A stretch of 64,000 bases of DNA from Candidatus Micrarchaeota archaeon (lineage in GTDB: Archaea > Micrarchaeota > Micrarchaeia > Micrarchaeales > Micrarchaeaceae), in the NCBI GenBank assembly GCA_021807115.1, contig JAKAPJ010000003.1, positions 1,775 to 65,774 on the forward strand, read 5' to 3'. The notes under the pieces were generated by a model. That model worked only from the letters and a program-made list of their open reading frames with translations, ran no database searches and had not been told where the DNA came from. Below are positions 18,802 to 26,191 of this stretch, piece by piece (positions within the stretch are counted from its first letter, which is position 1; each line of letters opens with the position of its first letter). The position numbers were made by a program, and so were the translations under genes.

Positions 18802-20844
18802 GTGGTTTGTGATATTGTGGTTACCGTACTTAGGAAGTCTGCAGAAGCGGCAGGGAGTGCAACTGGGAATTCAGATGGCAGCGTGCAGGCTCCCGGATTT
18901 TCTATAAAGTACATGGAGGGCACCGTCGACCCGCGCAAGGACTTCTACACTTATTCGGTAGGGGAATGGCTGAAGACTCATCCAGTCCCGCCCGACAAGC
19001 CGGTGTTCAACGCGTTCTACGAGCTCAGGGACTGGAACATGGAACGACTGCACATGATAGTGGATGACTGCAATGCGGGCAAGGCCGCACCTGCCGGATC
19101 CTATGCGAGGATGGTTGGGGACTTCTACGGCTCAGCCATGGACACTAAGCTGATTGATGCCGCAAGGTTTGCACCGATAGACGATCTCTGGCAGAGTGTG
19201 GCGGGCGTAAAGACCCAGGGCGACATAATGCGACTGCTTCCGCAGCTGCATATGGCGGGGGTAGGGGCGCTGTTCAACGTATATTCGGATGCGGACCAGA
19301 AGAACAGCGCTACGTATGCACTCTACTTTAGGCAGGGGGGCCTGACGCTGCCGGACCGAGAATACTACCTGTCAGACACGTTCGCACAGGTGCGCGCGGA
19401 CTACAAAGAACATGTGGCCAAGATGTTTATACTCAAGGGAATAGCAGAGCCCCAGGCAAGAAACTGGGCAGAAACCGTGCTTGGAATAGAAACGGAGATG
19501 GCAAAATCGAGCAGATCGAGGACAGACCTAAGGGACAGCGAAAAGAACTACAACATGATGGAGACTGCCCAGCTCGATTCCAGGTACGCGACCCTTTCGC
19601 TTAACGCATATATGAAGGACATAGGGGTGCCTCCAACGCAGTATGCTGTGGTCGGACAGCCTGAATTCCTTGATGCGCTCAACGGCCAGTTGTCAAGCCG
19701 CAGCGTGGATGACTGGAAGGTGTACCTCTACTGGAAGACGCTGCACTCGTTCGCATCCAAGCTGCACAGGGAGGTGGACGATGAGAACTTCGACATGTTT
19801 GGGCGCAAGTTAATGGGGCAGCAGCAGCCCGAACCGCGGTGGAAACGCGCCATAAGCACGATAGACAGCGAGATAGGGGAGGCGCTGGGCAAGATATACG
19901 TAGACGGGTACTTCGACCAGACGGCAAGCAGGAAGGCCAATGAACTTGTAGGGGACATAATAGCCGTAATGAGGGACAGGTTGGAGACCCTTCCGTGGAT
20001 GACGGAAGATACCCGCAGGCAGGCAGTGGCGAAGCTTGACTCACTGAACGTGAAGATAGGCCATCCTGCCGCATTCAGGGACTATACGGGCCTGACAGTT
20101 ATGGTAGATGATTATGTGGGAAACATACGGAGGGCGGAGGAGTTTGAGCTGCGCAGGCAGACCGCTAGGGTTGGGCAGCAGGTGGACAGGAACGAGTGGC
20201 TCATGACGCCGCAGACGGTAAACGCATATTACGAACCGACAAGGAATGAGATTGTATTCCCTGCAGGGATACTGCAGCCGCCGTTCTTCGATGCGAAGAT
20301 GGACACGGCAGTCAACTATGGGGGGATAGGGGCGGTTATAGGGCACGAGATAACGCACGGCTTCGACGACCAAGGCAGGCTGTACGATGCTAGCGGCAAC
20401 CTTAAGAACTGGTGGAAGCCGGAGGACGAGAGGGAGTTCAAGGCAAGAGCCAGTACGGTGATACGGGAGTACAGCGAGCAGGAGGCCCTGCCCAAAATGT
20501 TTATAAACGGCGACATGACGCAGGGGGAGAACATAGCAGACATGGGAGGCCTTAGCATAGCCTATGAAGCCCTGCAAAGGCGCCTGAAAAAGGATCCGCA
20601 GCTAGCGCAGACGATAGACGGCCTTACGCCGGACCAGCGCTTTTTCATATCGTTCGCGCAGGTATGGAGGCAGTCGATAACGGAACAGGAGCTCAAACGG
20701 CGGCTCACCATAGACGAGCATTCGCCAGCCAAGTACAGGGCAACGATACCCGTGATAAACCATCCGGAGTTCGATAGGGCGTTCCCGCAGCAAACTGGCA
20801 CGGACACTGTGCCGCCGAGGGGCGAAAAGGTGGGCGTCTGGTAG
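18802..20844 (+). CDS. M13-family zinc metallopeptidase (neprilysin/PepO-like)
   Basis: VNAYYEPTRNEIVFPAGILQPPFF, HEITHGFDDQG (HExxH) and GENIADMGG motifs. The start is either GTG 18802 or ATG 18913 (MEGTVDPRKDFYTY...). No clear signal peptide. Confidence 0.9.
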   Translation: MVCDIVVTVLRKSAEAAGSATGNSDGSVQAPGFSIKYMEGTVDPRKDFYTYSVGEWLKTHPVPPDKPVFNAFYELRDWNMERLHMIVDDCNAGKAAPAGSYARMVGDFYGSAMDTKLIDAARFAPIDDLWQSVAGVKTQGDIMRLLPQLHMAGVGALFNVYSDADQKNSATYALYFRQGGLTLPDREYYLSDTFAQVRADYKEHVAKMFILKGIAEPQARNWAETVLGIETEMAKSSRSRTDLRDSEKNYNMMETAQLDSRYATLSLNAYMKDIGVPPTQYAVVGQPEFLDALNGQLSSRSVDDWKVYLYWKTLHSFASKLHREVDDENFDMFGRKLMGQQQPEPRWKRAISTIDSEIGEALGKIYVDGYFDQTASRKANELVGDIIAVMRDRLETLPWMTEDTRRQAVAKLDSLNVKIGHPAAFRDYTGLTVMVDDYVGNIRRAEEFELRRQTARVGQQVDRNEWLMTPQTVNAYYEPTRNEIVFPAGILQPPFFDAKMDTAVNYGGIGAVIGHEITHGFDDQGRLYDASGNLKNWWKPEDEREFKARASTVIREYSEQEALPKMFINGDMTQGENIADMGGLSIAYEALQRRLKKDPQLAQTIDGLTPDQRFFISFAQVWRQSITEQELKRRLTIDEHSPAKYRATIPVINHPEFDRAFPQQTGTDTVPPRGEKVGVW

Positions 20845-20850
20845 GCGGCG

Positions 20851-21270
20851 TCAGCAGCTGTTCTCGACCATTATGTTCTGGGTGTATGTGCCGTGCGCAG
20901 TGTACGGCACCCTGAGGCCGTAGTAGATGCTGTTGGAGAACCCGTAGCCGGGCGTTACCACCAGCTTGCTGTCGGCAGGTATGGAGGAGTACAGCACAAG
21001 GGCGTTGCCGGAGTACGATTGCAGGGAAGTAGGGTTCCACAGCGTGTTTGACACCGAGAAAGAATTGGACCCGAAAATCCAGTTAGTGCCGGATAGATGT
21101 AGATGAGTATGGCTATAATTCTTTCTATGCCATAGCGGCATGGTCTGGCACATGGGCCGCGCCAAGGACATGCTGTATGTAGCAGGATATGAAAATTGGC
21201 CCTGTATTCGACTGCGCGGATTTGCGTACGATGATGTGAAGTGGCATACCAGGGGGAGCTCTACTGGCAT
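20851..21270 (-). CDS. Orphan paralog of the giant protein's C-terminal module (139 aa, no signal peptide; possibly a gene remnant)
   Basis: The last 82 aa (HLSGTNWIFGSNS...GTYTQNIMVENSC) align with the last 80 aa of ORF 9228-14306 (LVSGTNWIDGSNS...GSYTQNIIIENSC). The N-terminal 55 aa look non-homologous. Confidence 0.5.
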   Translation of the reverse strand: MPVELPLVCHFTSSYANPRSRIQGQFSYPATYSMSLARPMCQTMPLWHRKNYSHTHLHLSGTNWIFGSNSFSVSNTLWNPTSLQSYSGNALVLYSSIPADSKLVVTPGYGFSNSIYYGLRVPYTAHGTYTQNIMVENSC

Positions 21271-21319
21271 GAAAATAGGAGGATGTGTAGCGCGGTGCAG
21301 GGCAGTATGCGGCCTGCGC

Positions 21320-21787
21320 TCACTGCTGGGTGTCAGGCCTGCCTTCGTAGATGTACTTGAGGCCTCGCAGGTACCGGTCCCTGAACATTATGCCAACGTG
21401 GGCCTTCTCCTCCTGCGTGAACTTGTCGTTTGCAAATAGCCGCTGCAGCAGGAATTCCTGTGCCGTACCCTCTTGGCCCGGATGGGCCCTCTTGTAATCG
21501 TCCATTGCGGAGGGGGCTATCTCTTCCCAGAATCGGGCGTACGCCTTTCTGCCGGCCTCCTCTGCCTGAGAAAGCTCGGCGGTGGTGAGGCTGGCCTTCA
21601 CCCTGTCCACTGCCTTCTCGTACTCGGACAGCTCTTGTACCATATCGTTGAAGTACCGCTGGTCCCCCCTCGCGTACTTCTTGCTTAGGTTGTCCATCCT
21701 TATGTTAGTCTGCTTTATGACGAAGAGCATGCGCTCTATGTACTTTCCCTCCGCATCAGTGGCATGCTCGAACTCCTTTGTGGCCAT
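21320..21787 (-). CDS. Hypothetical helical protein (155 aa)
   Basis: Clean ORF with charged, helical-looking composition. No motif recognised. Confidence 0.6.
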   Translation of the reverse strand: MATKEFEHATDAEGKYIERMLFVIKQTNIRMDNLSKKYARGDQRYFNDMVQELSEYEKAVDRVKASLTTAELSQAEEAGRKAYARFWEEIAPSAMDDYKRAHPGQEGTAQEFLLQRLFANDKFTQEEKAHVGIMFRDRYLRGLKYIYEGRPDTQQ

Positions 21788-21868
21788 TGGAATCTACCGC
21801 CGGGCGCGGGCCCGGCAGAGTATGTTTATGCCTGATTGGTATTTATGCCTATCCCGGCGCAGGCGGAT

Positions 21869-21886
21869 GTTTGACACGTGTCAAAC
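21869..21886. promoter_or_regulatory. Perfect 18-bp palindrome in a divergent intergenic region
   Basis: GTTTGACACGTGTCAAAC lies between the starts at 21787 (-) and 21975 (+). Confidence 0.5.
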
Positions 21887-21974
21887 CATGCAGTCCCGTT
21901 TATACGGGCCACGACGGCGCGGAGGCCGTAAATATATGGGACTGGATATAGGATTGTGCAGTTATGGTGGTAAC

Positions 21975-22598
21975 ATGTCATTCGACGCCATGAGGAAGTT
22001 GCCCCCCGAGTTCCGCACCTCCGATGAGAACAGAAGTGGCTCGCATCCGGGACGCTATGTGGCTATAGACGTGGACGGCACGCTTGCCAACGTGTTCCCA
22101 GTAATTATAAACAGGCTTAACGGCGAAAAGGGCACGAGCTACACTTATGAGCAGTATCGGCATTTCGGCGGCGCTGACCTTGGGATGGGCTGGGAGGAGT
22201 TCCATAGGCGCTATGTTGACGCATGGACCAATCACTCCTCGGAGATAAAGCCGCTGGTAAGCGAGGAGAGGCTGCTTGAGCTTACTAAACACTATGGCGT
22301 ATTCATACTTACCGCTATGGGGGACGAGGTAGCCGGCGCGTTCGAGGCGTGGCTGAAGAAAAACTTCCCGGTGGCATCAGGGCGGGTTTTCATCATGAGG
22401 GTGGAGGACCAGAAGCACAAGCTGGAAAACGGCTTCACGTTCCTGATAGACGACTGCCCAGCCCTGGCAAGCGCGCATATAGGGCACAGGGTGGACCTGC
22501 TGGTCTCCCAGCCGTACAACAGGGATGTAGAGATCGGCCCCAATACCATCAGGGTGAGGTCAACGGATGAGGCCGTGCAGAGCCTGCTTAGGCGCTGA
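21975..22598 (+). CDS. HAD-superfamily 5'(3')-deoxyribonucleotidase-like protein (NT5C-like)
   Basis: YVAIDVDGTLANVF (DxDGT nucleophile motif) and FLIDDCP near the C-terminus. ATG at 21975 preferred; the track ORF start at 21582 overlaps the opposite-strand gene. Confidence 0.65.
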   Translation: MSFDAMRKLPPEFRTSDENRSGSHPGRYVAIDVDGTLANVFPVIINRLNGEKGTSYTYEQYRHFGGADLGMGWEEFHRRYVDAWTNHSSEIKPLVSEERLLELTKHYGVFILTAMGDEVAGAFEAWLKKNFPVASGRVFIMRVEDQKHKLENGFTFLIDDCPALASAHIGHRVDLLVSQPYNRDVEIGPNTIRVRSTDEAVQSLLRR

Positions 22599-22616
22599 TG
22601 GCGTCGTTTGCGCAGG

Positions 22617-24620
22617 TCACTTGCTTTTCGGCTTGTTCCGGGTCAGCATGTATGCTGCCACTAATATTACTACGATTACAACCACGATGCCGATGTCCAC
22701 CATGGGCAGGGGGCCTGCCGATGCGGGCGTAGATCCGCCGCCAGTATTGTATCCCGGATATCCCGGGCCGGTGCCGGAGGGGTTGGTTGACGTGGAGGGA
22801 GCACTGCCGGGCTGTGGTGGGAGGTTCATTGACGCCATGGATTCATTGGACAGAATAACATATTCGATAGTATTGTTCCAGCCGCCGAAGGCCGCCTTTG
22901 CCGACGCATTGTAATTGCTGGGCGGCCCGCGCATAATTTCCCGTACATTGTACCTGACCAGTACGCCCGTATCCTTATCAAACCATTCCCGTATTGAATA
23001 GTTGATAGAATAGGTAGATGATGACTGAGCAGCAGTTAGGGTCAGCAGGTCGGTCTTGAACGTTCCTGCGGGCAGTGCTACAGTCTGGTTGGTATTTACT
23101 GACGCATTGAAATTGCCGGCACGCATTGTATTTAAAAATTCTGTGGCATTGCCCTCGTTAAGTGCAACCAGGTATGATGGTGCCAGCGCAAACATGCCCA
23201 GATAATTCTGATTTGTGAATGATCCTGTGTTTATTGTAGCGTTACCTGATTGTGAACAGCCGGATAAAATTGATACTATGCACCCCGACATCGTCATTGT
23301 AAACGTCGCGTTTGCTATGCTCACGTTGGATATTGCAACCCTGTAATTTGAAGTGCCGGTTTTTTCGAATGTGAGGTTGCCGTTTGCGTAATTTTCCGAT
23401 GTACCCCCCAAGAATATGCCCATGTCCATTACATTCATTGATGCTGCTTTGTCGATGTAGGACCTCTGCGCAGGGGTGACGTTGATTAGGGTTATGGAGG
23501 TACTGTTGGTCCCGGAGTAGGTGAATGTGGCTCCGTTGGAGGCGTATCCAGGCACCTGCACTGAGCCGGTGAATGTGGCAGTAGCAGGGGCTGTGCGGGT
23601 ATCCCCAGAGTACTGCGCCGTGACAGTGTACGTGGCGCCGTTAGGCCTGTAGATCGTGGCCGCTGTGCCGCTGCTATGCGTCCTCGTCACCTCGGAGAAG
23701 CTGCCTCCCGACGGGCTCCCGGAGAAGCTGACCGTACCGGTTGGGGCTGTGCTGGCGCTTACTGAGACACTGCATGTGACATTCCCGGCCGCCGGCACCG
23801 GATTAGGCGAACATGTCATGTTCATCGTTGGGCGCGGCAGGGTACCGCCGTAGGATACACCGCTGCTGTTTGACCCCTGCAAGGGGGACGCGCCTGGGGC
23901 GAATGTGATAACCACAAGCAGATCCGCATTGCGCGACGCGGAGCCGGCTGTGGGGTTTGATGTATTTTCAAAAATTGTGTAGGTTCCGGGATTCAAGTAT
24001 AGGACTGTGGGCGGCGGCCCTGAGGATCCGGAGATAACGGAGGTAAGCGGCGGTATGCCTGACTGTTCTGCCTGGACGTCGAATTCTTTTATTATGTCAG
24101 GTCCCGGCGAAACGAAGGGGTTGCCGTACCTGCCGCTTAATGGGATTACCACGGTCATGCTGCCTGGCACTGTGACATTGAAGGTGTCATACACGCCCTT
24201 TGTATTGGGGGTGCTGTTGGTCGCATAGCTTACACTATAGGATGAATAGCCAGATGCCCCAAACCCGCCCACGCTGTAGTTGACAAAGTAGTTGTACTGG
24301 TAGCCGGATATCGTCTCGTTGGGCTGCGAAGTGATTGCTACGGCATCTACTACATACCCTTCGGAGTTCTTGACGCTGACCACCTGCCCATTAGAGAATC
24401 CGGATACGGGCGTTGTGCCATCGGTGGACATGAGGAATATGTAGGCTTCGGACGGAGTCGACATGTTGTAAACCGGCGACGGAAGACCTTCAGATGCTAT
24501 GGGGTTGTTGAGGCTGGAATTTATAGCCTGCGGGAATGTGGCCGATGCCACGGCAGACAGCGTCGATAATGATATAACAAACAGCATCAAAGCAAGTGCG
24601 CTTGGACCTTTTACCCCCAT
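22617..24620 (-). CDS. Secreted surface protein with an Ig-like (Big_3-type) domain and a C-terminal TM anchor
   Basis: Signal MGVKGPSALALMLFVISLSTLSAVASA. TGTVSFSGSPSGGSF...TVTAQYSGDTRTAPATATF is Ig-like. C-terminus MVDIGIVVVIVVILVAAYMLTRNKPKSK. Confidence 0.8.
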   Translation of the reverse strand: MGVKGPSALALMLFVISLSTLSAVASATFPQAINSSLNNPIASEGLPSPVYNMSTPSEAYIFLMSTDGTTPVSGFSNGQVVSVKNSEGYVVDAVAITSQPNETISGYQYNYFVNYSVGGFGASGYSSYSVSYATNSTPNTKGVYDTFNVTVPGSMTVVIPLSGRYGNPFVSPGPDIIKEFDVQAEQSGIPPLTSVISGSSGPPPTVLYLNPGTYTIFENTSNPTAGSASRNADLLVVITFAPGASPLQGSNSSGVSYGGTLPRPTMNMTCSPNPVPAAGNVTCSVSVSASTAPTGTVSFSGSPSGGSFSEVTRTHSSGTAATIYRPNGATYTVTAQYSGDTRTAPATATFTGSVQVPGYASNGATFTYSGTNSTSITLINVTPAQRSYIDKAASMNVMDMGIFLGGTSENYANGNLTFEKTGTSNYRVAISNVSIANATFTMTMSGCIVSILSGCSQSGNATINTGSFTNQNYLGMFALAPSYLVALNEGNATEFLNTMRAGNFNASVNTNQTVALPAGTFKTDLLTLTAAQSSSTYSINYSIREWFDKDTGVLVRYNVREIMRGPPSNYNASAKAAFGGWNNTIEYVILSNESMASMNLPPQPGSAPSTSTNPSGTGPGYPGYNTGGGSTPASAGPLPMVDIGIVVVIVVILVAAYMLTRNKPKSK

Positions 24621-24773
24621 ATACACACCATAATAAGCATGCTCATTTTGTAATGGGAACATGTGTTTAAATCCCTTTCATTGCCTTCGGCATGCAATGC
24701 CGGCGACTGTGGTGGAAAACGAACCGATAGGTAGGTTTTTAAAACATGCCACACAAGTCTATGAGGTGCTACT

Positions 24774-25481
24774 ATGGCCGCTAAGGGCGAAAACAAGGAT
24801 GGCAATACAGGGAAGGGAGGAAACAAGGAGCCCAAGGGTTCTGGCAACCTATGGAAGTCTGCTGCGGCAGTCCTAACAGGCAACATTGCCGTGTTCGTGA
24901 TAATCGCCATCGTGTTCGTGATTATAGGATATGCCTTATCCTACGTCCTGGGTACGCTTAGCGGCATAAGCTTCCTCTACAGCGGCATAGGCTCGTACAT
25001 CCTTGCAGGGGTGAGCGGGGCGGTGCTCGCTCTGGTGGTCCTGTGGTACGTGGATGGGGTCATAGCGGTCTACGGCCACATAAAGGACAAGAAGGATGTG
25101 GATTATGTTTCTTGCATTACGGGCTCGCTCGGCAAGGTTTTCAGTGACGCCAATACGGCTATACTCATGGCTGGCATAGGCTTTGTGGCAGGGATAGTCA
25201 GCACGTTCCTTGGAACTGTAGGCGCAGGGGCGCTTGGAGCCATAGTGTACGGGATACTGGCGGCGGTGTATACTGCGGTGGCGCTGGTTAGTGCAAATGG
25301 GGAGAGGCCGGTTAACCCTAACTTCGTGGAGACATTCCAGAAGGTGAACGGCATGTCAGGGAACGCTGGCATATACCTGTGGGTGACGGTGCTTGTCGGC
25401 ATTATACCTGGATTCGGCATCGTCCAGACGCTCATGTTACCGCTTGGCGCGCTTGTTATGAACCAAAGCGGAAAGAAGTAG
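24774..25481 (+). CDS. Polytopic membrane protein (235 aa) with a Lys/Gly-rich N-terminal tail
   Basis: About 6 hydrophobic segments. No family recognised. Confidence 0.65.
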   Translation: MAAKGENKDGNTGKGGNKEPKGSGNLWKSAAAVLTGNIAVFVIIAIVFVIIGYALSYVLGTLSGISFLYSGIGSYILAGVSGAVLALVVLWYVDGVIAVYGHIKDKKDVDYVSCITGSLGKVFSDANTAILMAGIGFVAGIVSTFLGTVGAGALGAIVYGILAAVYTAVALVSANGERPVNPNFVETFQKVNGMSGNAGIYLWVTVLVGIIPGFGIVQTLMLPLGALVMNQSGKK

Positions 25482-25679
25482 CTGCCGGCATGCGTAGGCG
25501 CACTGCTCGTATGCGGCACGGGTGGCGCAGAAATTGCGCCTGGACCTGCCGTGTACCAGAAGGGTACGTTTGCACATGGGGGCACGTTCTGCAGCAATAT
25601 GCGTAGGACTTTGGCACGGGCTGCAAGTGCGAAGCTGGTCAATAGCATAAGTTTTTAATCTATCATGCAAGTGTAACAC

Positions 25680-26168
25680 ATGGCAAGCGGATCAGGCGAA
25701 AGGAGGCAGAATATGCCAGGGGGGATTGGCATAGCCGAAAGATGGCTTAGCCACAGGCGCGCACTCCCTTCGGAATGGTTCACGGGCAGCAACTCGCGCG
25801 TGAAGCAGGTGCGCCTTGCGGTGCTACTGATGTGCGTGGTCAGCTTCATGGCAGGAGTGTTCGTCCTGACTTCGGAAATCTACAGCCCCGTAGCGTATGC
25901 ATGGGCAGCGGTTCAGGCCGCGACATATGTAATAATAGCCATAGTATTCCTGCTGGGGCTGAGCATGTGGTATTCGCAGTCGGAGCTGTTCTTCATAACC
26001 AACCTGGTAATAACCTATGTTGTGGAGATATGGTGGCGCAGCATTGCCATCCCGCTCTCGAGCTATGTGCTGATACTGGGCCCCACGGTACTGCTCGTGG
26101 TGATAGGCGCATGGCTCTTGGTCTACGACAATGGATCCGAAATCAACAAACTGCTGGAGAGAAGTTAA
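25680..26168 (+). CDS. Polytopic membrane protein (162 aa, about 4 TM)
   Basis: Hydrophobic segments. The stop lies about 20 nt before the next surface-protein gene. Confidence 0.6.
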   Translation: MASGSGERRQNMPGGIGIAERWLSHRRALPSEWFTGSNSRVKQVRLAVLLMCVVSFMAGVFVLTSEIYSPVAYAWAAVQAATYVIIAIVFLLGLSMWYSQSELFFITNLVITYVVEIWWRSIAIPLSSYVLILGPTVLLVVIGAWLLVYDNGSEINKLLERS

Positions 26169-26191
26169 ATTAGTAGGGGTAGCCATTGCGC

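Noticed and set aside
21582-21974. An N-terminal extension of 131 codons on the NT5C-like gene in the ORF track. Similar extensions occur at 8825-8956, 41141-42451 (upstream of 42229), 43138-44382 (upstream of 44259), 44287-44424, 45330-45392 and 52498-52554.
   Set aside because: The extensions overlap neighbouring genes or promoters and read as Cys/Arg-rich noise. Internal ATGs give N-termini that match the family-typical starts.
22617-22720. A PGF-CTERM/archaeosortase sorting signal at the C-termini of the anchored surface proteins, and a CaaX-type prenylation signal at the ENSC termini.
   Set aside because: The C-terminal helices are not preceded by a PGF (or PEF/VPXXXP) tripeptide. In ENSC the Cys is the last residue, not the fourth from the end, so neither known signal fits.
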